From the NCBI GenBank assembly GCA_002269645.1, contig NIVC01002196.1:103201-167200 (forward strand): DNA of 64,000 nucleotides, written 5' to 3'. The DNA comes from Macrostomum lignano. Its lineage: Eukaryota. This document shows positions 33,280-47,300 of the stretch, one piece after another (positions within the stretch are counted from its first letter, which is position 1; every line of letters starts with the position of its first letter). The translations under genes and the position numbers were made by a program. Below the pieces are notes generated by a model. The model was not told the origin of the DNA and searched no databases. It worked only from the letters and a program-made list of their open reading frames with translations.

Positions 33280-34554
33280 CGAATAACTTTTGTTTCAAAA
33301 ATGAGTGCCTGCGGCGCTAAAATAAGTGTCTGTGGCGCTAAAATAAGTGTCTGTGGCGCTAAAATGAGTGCCTGCAGCGCTAAAATTAGTGCCTGTGGCG
33401 CTAAAATGAGTGCCTGCAGCGCTAAAATGAGTGCCTGCAGCGCTAAAATGAGTGCCTGCAGCGCTAAAATTAGTGCCTGTGGCGCTAAAATGAGTGCCTG
33501 CAGCGCTAAAATGAGTGCCTGCGGCGCTAAAATAAGTGTCTGTGGCGCTAAAATAAGTGCCTGTGGCGCTAAAATGAGTGCCTGCAGCGCTAAAATGAGT
33601 GCCTGCGGCGCTAAAATTAGTGCCTGTGGCGCTAAAATGAGTGCCTGCAGCGCTAAAATGAGTGCCTGCAGCGCTAAAATGAGTGCCTGCAGCGCTAAAA
33701 TTAGTGCCTGTGCCGCTAAAATGAGTGCCTGCAGCGCTAAAATGAGTGCCTGCGGCGCTAAAATAAGTGTCTGTGGCGCTAAAATAAGTGCCTGTGGCGC
33801 TAAAATGAGTGCCTGCAGCGCTAAAATGAATGCCTGCAGCGCTAAAATAAGTGCCTGTGGCGCTAAAATGAGTGCCTGCAGCGCTAAAATGAGTGCCTGC
33901 AGCGCTAAAATGAATGCCTGCAGCGCTAAAATGAGTGCCTGCGGCGCTAAAATAAGTGTCTGTGGCGCTAAAATGAGTGTCTGTGGCGCTAAAATGAGTG
34001 TCTGTGGCGCTAAAATGAGTGCCTGCAGCGCTAAAATGAGTGCCTGCGGCGCTAAAATAAGTGTCTGTGGCGCTAAAATGAGTGCCTGTGGCGCTAAAAT
34101 GAGTGCCTGTGGCGCTAAAATGAGTGTCTGTGGCGCTAAAATGAGTGCCTGCGGCGCTAAAATGAATGCCTGCAGCGCTAAAATGAGTGCATGCGGCGCT
34201 AAAATGAGTGCCTGCAGCGCTAAAATGAGTGCCTGCGGCGCTAAAATGAGTGCCTGCAGCGCTAAAATGAGTGCCTGCAGCGCTAAAATGAGTGCCTGCG
34301 GCGCTAAAATGAGTGCCTGCGGCGCTAAAATGAGTGCCTGCGGCGCTAAAATGAATGCCTGCGGCGCCAAAATGAGTGTCTGCGGCGCTAAAATGAATGC
34401 CTGCGGCGCTAAAATGAGTGCCTGCGGTGCTAAAATGAGTGCCTGCGGCACCAAAATGAGCGCTGACAACACTGATTTTCAAAATAATGTACATGTGTTA
34501 CATGTAGAATTCTTGGCTTTGTCCCCCCACCATAAAATCCATGGCGACGCCCTT
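33280..34554 (-). mobile_element. Second copy of the 21-bp-satellite MITE family (one terminus recognisable)
   Basis: The reverse complement of 34462-34554 (AAGGGCGTCGCCATGGATTTTATGGTGGGGGGACAAAGCCAAG...CATGTACATTATTTTGAAAATCAGTGTTGTCAG) matches 52348-52460 and partly 10968-11010. The other TIR was not found. Confidence 0.65.
33297..34462 (-). repeat. Second 21-bp satellite array, reverse orientation (AAAATGAGTGCCTGCGGCGCT)n, ~55-56 units
   Basis: Reverse complement of the 11004-12218 unit, with a different set of variants. Confidence 0.97.
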
Positions 34555-35712
34555 GGAATAGTCAAATAATGCGAAACTGTCAGCATAGGCGAGTAGCGTC
34601 CTTTATAGTGCTGCTTCAAATGGTATCAATACTACTCAACTGAAAAGTAGTGTCCTAGAAATTTCCAATCCAGAATTCAACCCTGTCACAGTTTAGTTTA
34701 GCAAGGCAATAAACTGGACTGCAAAGCAATGAGGACTGCGAGACCAAGGATCCCTAAGGAGAACAGGACCTGTCCAAAGTGCCATGAGGGGCTGTAAATT
34801 AAAGCTCAGTTCCTGTTTAAGTGCAGTTGGAGCTCTTATAGTGCTGCCCGTGATCAATCTGAACAGGGGATGAAGTATTTTACCTAATGACTCAAGAAGG
34901 CAGACATAATACAAATTCTAGCAGAATTCATCAGAGAAATGACACAAACCAGAATGCAACTGTCCTGAGCCTTCATAAATCAGCTTCAATACCCTGTGTT
35001 TTACTACCGTTGCGTAGGAAAATATTTTTTATTGATGTTTTTTCTCTATTTAGTCTTTCGCAGTATTAATTAATTAGCCTGAAATAATATTATACGAAGT
35101 AAAATATCTAAAGTCAGCACCCTCTCAGCGTGCGCAGTTAAGACTAGTAAAAAGTAAGAGCAAATTAATTGCTTCTATGACATTTCCCAACCATTGGGAC
35201 GCTCGGTTGGCAAGAGCAGCAAAAGAGTGTTGTGGGACCATATCGCCGAGGGCGTTCGCTCTCAGCCATGCAGATCTTGTCTCCACCCGTTGTCTTTAGA
35301 AGCAAAACAGGTACAGCATTTTTCAGCGGAATATCATTTCCCCAAGACCAAGTTTCGAGATCGCCATTGCTGAAGTGAAAAAGCAATTCTATTCGATAGA
35401 AAAGTTAGCGCCATGTAAGCCTCAAAGCCGCTGTATCTGTAAAAACTAAAAATATTACTTCAAATATTATTTCTGTTCCAACTGTTGCTATGCAGTCGTT
35501 GGTTTTCCTGGTTCTCGCTTCCCTTGGGCCTGAAAATCTCCTGCACTTTTGCAGAGGCCAACAGACCAGATAAGCCAACATCCGACAGACCCCGTCCCCT
35601 AGAGGACAAAATCCCCTCAGGCAATGGTTTGATCCCTTTCAGCTTGGCAACTAAATCTGCACTTTCTTCAAAACGTTTTCTTTAAATTTGGCGAGTGTGA
35701 TTGCGCTTTACT

Positions 35713-36206
35713 CAAGGACCACTGTAGTAACAGGACGTTGTTAAACTCAAAGATCGTGAAATTTTTGGAGGCCGATTTGCTGGAAAGAATACACCGCGGA
35801 GATCTTATTTTTATTTTATGAGGCCAAAGTTGTAAATACGAGTACTCACAAGTGGCATTAGAGCTAATTTTTGTTTTGTTTTTCTCACATCAAGTATATT
35901 TGTAATGAAAATTTCGTATACCGGTTATGAATATGAAATTATATTGATTTCATTTCATTAACTTCATTATACTCATGAATCAAAAAGATAATGACATTAA
36001 AACAAAACTTTCCCTACAAAACTTTATATAAAATGCAACAAAGTAACATGCTGTGCATGCTAAATTTAAAGAACGTTAATCTTCACTGATTGTGTGATGA
36101 AAAAAGATTTCTCCCTATCTCCGCAGTGTATTTTTTCCCTGAAATAGGTCTCCAAAAACGACACGATCTTTGAGTTTTGCGTCCTGTTATACTACAGGGG
36201 TCCTTG
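35713..36206. mobile_element. Non-autonomous element with ~100-bp TIRs (CAAGGAC...GTCCTTG), related to the foldback family
   Basis: CAAGGACCACTGTAGTAACAGGACG...AAACTCAAAGATCGTG...AATACACCGCGGAGAT is mirrored by ATCTCCGCAGTGTATT...CACGATCTTTGAGTTT...CGTCCTGTTATACTACAGGGGTCCTTG. Confidence 0.8.
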
Positions 36207-36476
36207 GATTCACGAAGCTCGGACTTATAATTATAAACGAAGTTCACGAATAACGTCGTGTGTTCTCAAGTCTTTCTTAGTTCGGAACCAAACTTCATGT
36301 TTGTGCAGACTTTTTCATAAAGAGTCTGAAGGACTTGTAGCAGTTGCCCTCCCATTGAAAATCTGCGCATTAATCAAGCATAAAATTTCATAGATTTGCA
36401 ACCTCAAATGGGTAAAAAATGGTAATTTTCTTCTTTGGTCAAGACGGGTCACGTGAAGGATTGCTTGTGTTAAACT

Positions 36477-37220
36477 TGGTCATTGGCATGACCGCCTCTC
36501 TACTCCAAATGGTCATTAGCATGACCGCCTCTACTCCAAATGGTCATTAGCATGACCGCCTCTACTCCAAATGGTCATTAGCATGACCGCCTCTACTCCA
36601 AATGGTCATTAGCATGACCGCCTCTACTCCAAATGGTCATTAGCATGACCGCCTCTCTACTACAACTGGTCATTAGCATGACCGCCTCTACTCCAAATGG
36701 TCATTAGCATGACCGCCTCTACTCCAAATGGTCATTAGCATGACCGCCTCTACTCCAAATGGTCATTAGCATGACCGCCTCTACTCCAAATGGTCATTAG
36801 CATGACCGCCTCTACTCCAAATGGTCATTAGCATGACCGCCTCTCTACTACAACTGGTCATTAGCATGACCGCCTCTACTCCAAATGGTCATTAGCATGA
36901 CCGCCTCTCTACTACAACTGGTCATTAGCATGACCGCCTCTACTCCAAATGGTCATTAGCATGACCGCCTCTCTACTACAACTGGTCATTAGCATGACCG
37001 CCTCTACTCCAAATGGTCATTAGCATGACCGCCTCTACTCCAAATGGTAATTAGCATGACCGCCTCTACTCCAAATGGTCATTAGCATGACCGCCTCTAC
37101 TCCAAATGGTCATTAGCATGACCGCCTCTCTACTACAACTGGTCATTAGCATGACCGCCTCTACTCCAAATGGTCATTAGCATGACCGCCTCTCTATTAC
37201 AACTGGTCATTGACATGACC
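36477..37220. repeat. 31/33-bp palindrome-containing minisatellite (CATGACCGCCTCTACTCCAAATGGTCATTAG)n, ~23 units
   Basis: Read directly; a 33-bp variant CCTCTCTACTACAACTGG is interspersed. Confidence 0.95.
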
Positions 37221-38297
37221 ACCCACTAGGAGCAGTTGTTTAACCTGTTGTCTTCAAATCTTCAACATGCTGGAGACAGGTTGTTTAATGGGCCTTAGCA
37301 GCCCCCCTCCAAAATCCTCTCCCTTGTTATTGATGCTGTGGGAAAAAATCCCAATATCGCAGCTTGAGGCCCGCAGCTGCCGCCCCAGCAAAATTTCTCT
37401 AGATATAAGAAGTGGCCAGCGGGGCAGCGGCATCAAACCCTAGATGTGGAGATTCGGGAGGCAGCGGGTCAAGGTCCCACCCGGAGAGAGGCAGACCTGG
37501 CATTATACACGAGGCAAAGATAGCCAAGAACTGCATGAGTCATAGGCTCTCTCTCCCAACTTACTCTCTCCCTTGAACTGAGTCAATGGGAATTGACTGA
37601 GAGAGAGAGAGAGAGAGCTAGGAGTTTCACTATAGACGTACGACCTGGGTTGGTTGGTCGGCGCCTTGTGCGTTTCTCTGTGTGTGTGTGCGGGTGTGTG
37701 TGTAATATCCTCCCACCAAACGGTAGTATGTTCGCTGGTGCGAAGTGTACCTACTGTATTATATAGACCCCCCCCCCCGTAGCCTAATTCTGTCTGACTG
37801 CCCTCCCAGTTCCTCCTTCCACTGAGCCAGACTGGGAGAGAGAGGGAAAGAGAGCGGGTTCCTCCCTCACCGCAGGCCGCTCTCGCATATAATACCAAGA
37901 GACTGAATGCGCACTTGCGCGGACCTGCAGAGCCGGGCTCGGTGCCACCTCTCTCTTCCTGTTGCTCCCTCGACCCACCTGCGATTCAGTTTTATAGAGA
38001 GAGTCGAGCTTAGCTGGCTATAAACAGAGAGAGAGAGAGAACGGTTCTTCAGAATCGGCGAGAATTAGCCACTGAGACCCCGATCGTCCCTCCTGATAAT
38101 TAAATCAACTAGTCCGACTCTGAGGCTGTCGAAAACTCCGGCGCACCACCCACCCCACTCCCACTGACTCTTATCTTCCCTCTCGGCGCTTTCTGGACCA
38201 ATCTATCACATCAATTCTATCCCAGCGAGTTTAGCCCATCAACAAAATCGACGCGGGGAAAGCTAAGACCGACTTGGCCACGGAACGACCTGGAAGA

Positions 38298-38312
38298 ATG
38301 TCTTCTGCAGCG
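38298..38312 (+). CDS. ANK: Candidate ankyrin first coding exon 1a (MSSAA|)
   Basis: ATG TCT TCT GCA GCG|GTAAGA, phase 0, compatible with the acceptor at 42263. Confidence 0.45.
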
Positions 38313-41300
38313 GTAAGATCCGTATGGAGTTGTGCCAGTGCCGAAGGCTTAAGAACCATGGCTACTGCCGATGCGTTACACATATCAAAGTGACATCGGT
38401 TCGCTGAACCAAACAGTACATAACAAACAGTTGCAACAAAGTCATTTTTCTAGTTTGAACTGAAATTTCTCACACCGGAATCTCTGTGCTCACACCATTC
38501 TCACGCCGGAATCTCTATGCTCACACCATTCTCACACCGGAATCTCTATGCTACACCATTCTCACACCGGAATCTCTATACTCTCACCATTCTCACACCG
38601 GAATCTCTATGCTCACACATTCTCACACCGGAATCTCTATGCTACACCATTCTCACACCGGAATCTCTATGCTACACCATTCTCACACCGGAATCTCTAT
38701 ACTCTCACCATTCTCACACCGGAATCTCTATGCTCACACATTCTCACACCGGAATCTCTATGCTACACCATTCTCACACCGGAATCTCTATGCTACACCA
38801 TTCTCACACCGGAATCTCTATGCTACACCATTCTCACACCGGAATCTCTATGCTACACCATTCTCACACCGGAATCTCTATGCTACACCATTCTCACACC
38901 GGAATCTCTATGCTACACCATTCTCACACCGGAATCTCTATGCTACACCATTCTCACACCGGAATCTCTGTGCTACACCATTCTCACACCGGAATCTCTG
39001 TGCTACACCATTCTCACACCGGAATCTCTGTGCTACACCATTCTCACACCGGAATCTCTGTGCTACACCATTCTCACACCGGAATCTCTATGCTACACCA
39101 TTCTCACACCGGAATCTCTATGCTACACCATTCTCACACCGGAATCTCTGTGCTACACCATTCTCACACCGGAATCTCTGTGCTACACCATTCTCACACC
39201 GGAATCTCTATGCTACACCATTCTCACACCGGAATCTCTATGCTACACCATTCTCACACCGGAATCTCTATGCTACACCATTCTCACACCGGAATCTCTA
39301 TGCTACACCATTCTCACACCGGAATCTCTGTGCTACACCATTCTCACACCGGAATCTCTATGCTACACCATTCTCACACCGGAATCTCTGTTTTCACACC
39401 ATTCTCATACCGGAATCTCTATGCTACACCATTCTCACACCGGAATCTCTGTGCTACACCATTCTCACACCGGAATCTCTGTGCTACACCATTCTCACAC
39501 CGGAATCTCTATGCTCACAGCATTATCACACCTGAATCTCACTTCTCATTCCCGAATCTAAATCTCTAATCTCAACACACTTACACATCAGTGGTTCTAC
39601 ACTATACCCCAGCCCTACACCCAAGTCTTTCGCACAGTTCAAGAAACCAGGGCAGCACGCTAGCCGCAGCCTTAAGCGGTGAAAAATGCGCCACTTTGGA
39701 ATGCGCCGTACAAACAGCCTCTCTCCCTCATCCTCTGCTCCCAGCGGACTTTCAAACATTGACTTATCTGGCTATCAGCATGACGCACGCACTCGGGTCT
39801 CCCTGCGGTAACCCCCCCCCCACCACGCACCCACCCCTCGGTGACGAAGTGCCTTCAGCCACCACCGAGTTCCATCCTTCTTGAATGGGATGTAGGTGAG
39901 GCTGCACATTGTGCTGCATTCCTTATGGTTGCATAGAAGTCACCAAAAAATGGAAGTAAAAGTTACGCACAGATTTATAACTTATATGGGTCAAAGTCGC
40001 GTAGTGAACTAAAATCTCCTTGGTCCCCACTGACCAACTATTGATGCACAGGTGATGCAGCTCGGGATGCTGAGTATTCTGCTTAGGGAACTATTATTTA
40101 GACTGTATTGCAGCACAGAGTTGCTGCGCTGGCTTACTTAGGGATAAATATCATTTGGGAGAATTCTGTTCAATCATTGCCCTAGCCTCCATGGCGGGCA
40201 GAATCGAGACCCCCCCTGTGCGCCCTCCATATCAAGTCAAATCAAAGGGGGGCGCTCAGGGCGGGTCTAAGCTGCATGGCCGATTCTCCCATATACTTCA
40301 GCATCCCTCAGCTTCATCGCTGGGGCAGGGAAGCTGGGAGTGGGGGAGTATTTTTAGGCAATTTTTTCGTCTCATTCCGCAGCCCTTGCCTGGCCGCTCC
40401 TGACTGCAGGCTGGGCTGCTGAGAGAACAGCCCCAACCCTCTTCTCCCTCTTCTCTCTTTTTAGATCGGGCGGTGCAGGATAGGAAAGGGCGACTCCCCC
40501 CATACCAGATAATCCTCATTCCCGCATCCCCTTGTCCTGACCAAGTCCCGCGCGTCCCCTCATCCCCACTCTCTCTCTTCCCGTCCCTGCCTGCCCCCCC
40601 CCCCGAGGGAGGGAAGATCATCGCCGATCCCCCAGCTTGGGAAAACTAGGAATAGAAGAGAGACGCGGATCTGCGCACAGGGCGGACTGTCTTTCCTTCT
40701 CCGTGTCCCCCCCCACCCACCCAACCCCTCACCGCATTTCGGTCATCCCCACCATCCCAGTCCCCTCGCGCAGCAGCGGCTCTGCCGAAGCCAACCAACA
40801 GCCCTCCTAACTCCCGTTTTACTCACAAGAGAAGGCCGTCAACGCTTAGAAAAGACGGCGCACACTCGGAACAGGAAGAGTTCAATAATATAGCAGAGAC
40901 AGCTAGCCTCAGTCAAGGTGCCACTTGTCTCAGCGCCGCATAGATTCCATTCGATACCGTCAGTTGAAAGCACCAACAACTAAAGACACCTGCCCGAGCC
41001 CCAACCGTATCCGCGCCATGGTCCAGGACGAGACTGGCAGGGACGCGAAAGCCGTAAGCTTGTTACCCAGCGGAGCTGTTGAAAACCTTAGGAGGCAGAA
41101 GAGAGAGAATTAATCGCCGCCCTTTTGACGTTTGAGCGAACGGACTCAACATCCGTATTAGGCAATTTGTTTGTGCGCGACCTACTCAATTTTCAGAGCA
41201 TAAACACAAGGAAAAGTCTTGAAATTGGGCCTTGTTTGCTGCTCTCAACCCTTCATCCCTCTCTTGCCAAATCAAAGCCTTTAATTGGTTGCGTTTGGTT

Positions 41301-44300
41301 CTGTTTATAAAACTTCACTAGCTCAATAGTTCTTTTAGCCCTTGGTTTTATGCCCACACCCGATGCCCTGGGTAAAATTTTCTATCGGCTGATTATTATA
41401 ATGTAGTGATATTTATCTAATAGATAATTACGTGCACGTGAATCCTATCAGTTCTGTTAGTTGTTCTCGTTCAAAAACATTTTGCAAAGAAACTAAGCAT
41501 CTTAACTGAATTTGGTTTGGTTTGCTGCGTAAATTTCGCTGCGAATATTTCTTAGCGTCTACTCAAAGTAGAATGAAAGCATAGCTCAGACGAATGGTGC
41601 ACAGTGGGTTGCTTGCGCGATAAAAAATCGAAGCTTTTAGGGGGGAGAAATTGGGGGAGAGAGGCTGGGGATGGAGGACGGACGGGGTCAGGGAAGGACG
41701 GCACTGGGATGTTTGGCGGGAAAGGGATCTATGGCCTTCTTGGCATTTTCCTGGCTATTAACCTTGACGAAATCGTTTTGGGTTTAACAGTGTAATTCCC
41801 AGAAGAGCCGAGAAGAGAAGAGCCAGAGAGACAGAGGGACAGAGAGAACAACCTTTCGCCTCTCTCACCTTGACAAATGTCTCAAAATACCTGTGAATAG
41901 CGCTTTAGTTTCGACTCTGTCTCTGTCTCTCTCTCTTATCTGGTGGGAAGTTGCAAAACTTATTTTCGATCACTGCGCGGAATCCCGATTTCGCAATTTC
42001 TCCTGGAGACGCGAAATTGCTTCGCTTTTTTACGCCTTTCGATTCTGCTAATAAAATTTTTGCCCCAGCGATGGGATCTGGACACGGTGTGAAAGTAAGG
42101 TTAACTGAAATGTACTTTTCTCTGTAGCAGCATTGATATATTTATAAAGGTCTTCGTTGCATTTCGACTGCATCAGAAAATCAGGAATCGTGTCGCTATG
42201 TGTATCTGTTTGATTTCTTTTGCAAGCAAGCTGATTGTTGCCCTCATACCTTACCTGCGCAGGTCGACCCGAACCAGAATTTCCTGCGCGTGGCCAGGGC
42301 TGGCAATTTGGCCAAGGTGTTGGACCACCTGAACAGCGGGACAAAGATTGACACCTGCAATGCGGTGAGCCTCTGCTACTGACTCTGTACTTTTAATGGG
42401 GCTGGGACTGACGGTATGCGCAGAGAGGGAGTTAGGAGTGACTAGAGCAGGGTGATAAGGAGTGACTAGAGCAGGTTGATAAGGAGTGACTAGAACAGGG
42501 TGATAAAGAGTGACTAGAGCAGGTTGATAAACAGTGACTAGAGCAGGTTGATAAACAGTGACTAGAGCAGGGTGATAAAGAGTGACTAGAGTAGGACGAT
42601 AAAGAGTGACTAGAACAGGGTGATAAAGAGTGACTAGAGCAGGTTGATAAACAGTGACTAGAGCAGGTTGATAAACAGTGACTAGAGCAGGGTGATAAAG
42701 AGTGACTAGAGCAGGTTGATAAACAGTGACTAGAGCAGGTTGATAAACAGTGACTAGAGCAGGGTGATAAAGAGTGACTAGAGTAGGACGATAAAGAGTG
42801 ACTAGAGCAGGTTGATAAAGAGTGACTAGAGCAGGGTGATAAAGAGTGACTAGAGTAGGACGATAAAGAGTGACTAGAGCAGGTTGATAAAGAGTGACTA
42901 GAGCAGGGTGATAAAGAGTGACTAGAGTAGGACGATAAAGAGTGACTAGAGCAGGTTGATAAAGAGTGACTAGAGCAGGGCGATAAAGAGTGACTAGAGC
43001 AGGGTGATAAAGAGTGACTAGAGCGTGATAAAGAGTGACTAGAGCAGGGTGCTAGAGAGTGACTAGAGCAGGGTGTAAAGAGTGTCTAGAGCAGGGTTGG
43101 TGATAAAGAGTGACTAGAGCAGGGTGAAAAAGAGTGACTAGAGCAGGGTGATAAGGAGTGAATACAGCAGGGTGATAAGGAGTGACTAGAGCAGGGTGAT
43201 AAGGAGTGACTAGAGCAGGGTGATAAGGAGTGACTAGATCAGATTCTAGCATAGAGCATCTAATCGAAGCATTGGAGAGCAGTGGAGCTGCCAGTTGCCA
43301 CAGCTCAGCAGCTGTTGCTGCCAGGGAAGTCTCCTGGGAAATCTGCTTCGCGACCAGCGGGCCGCGGGCTCCGTGTAAAAGTGCTCCGCTAATAATTTTA
43401 TCGCCTCAAGGTCGCGCTTTCGACGTTGACGAATTCCGACAATTTTGAGTGTGTCGCCTGCCGGCGTGCTACAATTAATTCAATAATATCAAAACAGCCG
43501 GTCATGCGTTGATGGCCGCTTGATAGCGGCTCTGGCCCGAGCGGCCACCACCGACCGCTCTCACTGCTCAAACGAGACCTCCGCTTGCAAAAATTTCCCA
43601 ACCCTACCCCCAGCCCTGGAAGGGATTTCCACTTGAGTTCCATTTCTCCCCCTCCGGACACCGGTGCTTCCCCAGCGGATGAAGATAAGAAGGAAAATTT
43701 CTCGCTTGCTCGAAGGAGAAAATTCAACAGAAAGAACCGGCCTAAGCACAACCCGATAGCGTGGGAGGTGAAAATTGCTATCCTGGGATTCGCGAGGTGC
43801 AGCAGGGAAGGGAGATTTTTCTCCCCCCGCTTTTCCGCCTCGCCCCTTTGCCTCGGCCATTGACGGATCAATGCTCCGGCAGGCCCTGTGCGGAAGTCGA
43901 AAATTGGCCTTATTTTGGAGCCGAGTTGGAGTGCGAGAGGCTGAGGGAGGCGGCGGAGGACCGAGGGTTGAGGTGCGGCCCCGCCTCTCGCTCTCACTTG
44001 CCGGCGGCGGTTTGGGACCCCGGAATATTCAGTGTCTGACACTCATGAGCTCATGAACTCACTCATGAACTCATGAACTCATGAACTCATGAACTCATGA
44101 ACTCATGAACTCATGAACTCATGAACTCATGAACTCATGAACTCATAAACTCATGAACTCATAAACTCATGAACTCATGAACTCATGAACTCATAAACTC
44201 ATAAACTCATGAACTCATAAACTCATAAACTCATAAACTCATAAACTCATGAACTCATAAACTCATAAACTCATGAACTCATGAACTCACTCATTGGCTC

Positions 44301-47300
44301 ATGAACTCACTCATTAGCTCATGAACTCACTCATGAACTCATGAACACACTCATGAACTCATGAACTCACTCATGAACTCACTCATTAGCTCATGAACTC
44401 ACTCATGAACTCATGAACACACTCATGAACTCATGAACTCACTCATGAACTCATGAACTCACTCATTAGCTCATGAACTCACTCATGAACTCATGAACTC
44501 ACTCATGAACTCATGAACTCATGAACTCATGAACTCATGAACTCACTCATTAGCTCATGAATTCACTCATGAACTCATGAACTCACTCATTAGCTCATGA
44601 ACTCACTCATGAACTCATGAACTCACTCATTAGCTCATGAACTCACTCATGAACTCATTGATGAGCTCTCTCATTTTATCTAGCTCATAAAGTCACTAAT
44701 TTTGTGTTAGTCAGTATCCCTTCTGTCTCTTCCGTCTTCTCTCTATCAGCCAAGCGAATCCCCAATTAGAGCCGCGGAGGAGCCGCTCCCACTCGTGACA
44801 CGGAGGCTTGCACAGGAATTTGCATCTCTCCCTGACTCAGCTCTACACGCATGCTCGTAAATTCCAACCCATACAAGAAAGTTTTCGAAAGCCCGCGTCC
44901 CAAAGGTTCAATTCAGGATGAGTAAAAATCTTGCTTTAATAGAAATCCCAGGGATCGGGGGGATTTTATTCCCTAATTTGGGAATATTTGGGAATATTCG
45001 CCAACTGGAGCCCGAGTTTGAGAACACCGAAATCCATTTTTATGCGAACGCCTCGCCTCGCCAATAGAGATTCGCTGGATAGAGCAATTATTTTTGCCCA
45101 GACACCGAAAAGAGCATCATGCTCATGGCTCAAACTCGGCTGCTTGGATGAGGCGTAGGTGAAGCTGGAATGTGACAGATGAGCAGTTCCGGGATGCTGC
45201 TCGCGGCTCCATGCCGGTCTGCAACTCGCCGCAGCTCCGCCCAGCCAATCAGGCACGGCGCCGTCCCTAGCCGGGCTCGCCTTGAGTCCGTGCTCATCAG
45301 CCCGCGACCGGGGCTGCTCCAACTGGCGAGGAAGGAGGGCGCGGCGCCTGCCTGTAGCATCAATGAACTGCGCGGCGGATTAGAGCGGACTGGATAATCT
45401 CCAGCAAGATTGGGGGACGCCCCAGTGACAGGCAGCGGCCGCATGGCTGGCGGCGCCGCAAAGCAGGCCCGGTTCTCGCTGTCGCCCGAGATGGAGCGAT
45501 TTCTGTACTTTTACGACGAGACCGTGAGTTCCTTGACCGGGGCGACGGCGCGGTGCAGGCTCTGGCGAGAGACGGTGGTGCATCGCATAGCTTACACTCC
45601 AAAAGTGACACATCGTTGAGTGCGTGACACAGTTGAGAGTCAGTGACGCAAATCGGAGAATGAGACAAATGAAAAATCAAGAGTGACACAAATCGAGAGT
45701 GACACAAATCGACAGTGAAACAAATCGAGAGCGACACAAATCAATAGTGACACAAATCGAGAGTGACACAAATCGACAGTGAAACAAATCGAGAGCGACA
45801 CAAATCAATAGTGACACAAATCGAGAGTGACACAAATCGAGAGTGACACAAATCGAGAGTGACACAAATCGAGAGTGAAACAAATCCAGAGTGATGCAAA
45901 TCAATAGTGACACAAATCGAGAGTGACACAAATCGAGAGCGACACAAATCGAGAGCGACACAAATCAATAGTGACAGAAATCGAGAGTGACACAAATCGA
46001 GAGCGACACAAATCAATAGTGACACAAATCGAGAGTGACACATATCAAGAGTGACACAAATCGAGAGTGACACAAATCGAGAGCGACACAAATCAATAGT
46101 GACACAAATCGAGAGTGACACAAATCGAGAGTGAAACAAATCGAGAGCGACACAAATCAATAGTGACACAAATCGAGAGTGACACAAATCGAGAGTGATA
46201 CAAATCGAGAGCGACACAAATCAATAGTGACACATATCAATAGTGACACAAATCGAGAGCGACACAAATCGAGAGTGAAACAAATCGAGAGCGACACAAA
46301 TCAATAGTGACACAAATCGAGAGTGACAAAAATCGAGAGTGAAACAAATCGAGAGCGACACAAATCAATAGTGACACAAATCGAGAGTGACACAAATCGA
46401 GAGCGACACAAATCAATAGTGACACAAATCGAGAGTGACACAAATCGAGAGTGAAACAAATCGAGAGCGACACAAATCCAGAGTGGCATGAATCGAGAGT
46501 GACGCAAATCGAGAGTGACACAAATCGAGAGTGACACAACTCTGGCCTTCAGCCTTCAGACCTGGCAGCCTTAATGAGCTGGCAGGAGAGCTCAAACAAA
46601 AACTGATTTATCAGCTAAGCCAGCAGTTTTAACTCGGATCTCTCCCGATCTAAAGGAATTAGCCAGATTCTGGTTGCGAGCTGAAAGCTAAGGGTTCACT
46701 ACAGAGTAGCCAGGAGCCGCAGCAGAGGAGCAACTCTGTGCGAGTCTTTCAGCCAGAAGCAGAAGATGCGTTATGTCAGTAGCAGCAGAAAGACCAAAAG
46801 ATCGATAATAGCTTCTTCATCATCCCACGCAGCCAGCGGCCCAAAAAAACTTGTCACTGCGGCCGCTGCATGCGGGGTGTTACATTTAATTAACAGGCGT
46901 GTTTGCCTTTCATAAATCTCAGTCAGGAAAGTACATTCGTCCCTTTCCACACCGGGCTACTCTCAGAGAGAGCTCGGCTCTCCATCAGTGTCCAGCTTCT
47001 TCCGCTTGCTCGGTCGGCCGCAACCTGCTACTGGGATCTGATTTATATTTATCCCTGGCCCGAGATTAGCCCGAGACCCGAGTTCGGGAAGCTGGGCTGA
47101 CAAAATATTTCTCAATTTCTTTCTGCATCTGCATTTGTTCTCAACCTCTCTCTTCCCCTATCTAAAAGCAAACATTGGTTCAGGTGCTTCGCCTTCCGAA
47201 ATTCAAGCACCTACACTCATTCTAGCTTTACATGGGGTAAACACAAGTTTTGTTTCAATATTTCGCTGCATGCAATCGGCATCATGACGAGAGCCCACTC

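Noticed and set aside
38486-39569. Three overlapping ~340-350 aa ORFs
   Set aside because: All three frames of a 30-bp tandem repeat in an ankyrin intron.
43398-44056. 214-aa minus-strand ORF and overlapping ORFs in an ankyrin intron
   Set aside because: No recognisable domain, codon bias or consistent splice sites; GC-rich intronic sequence.
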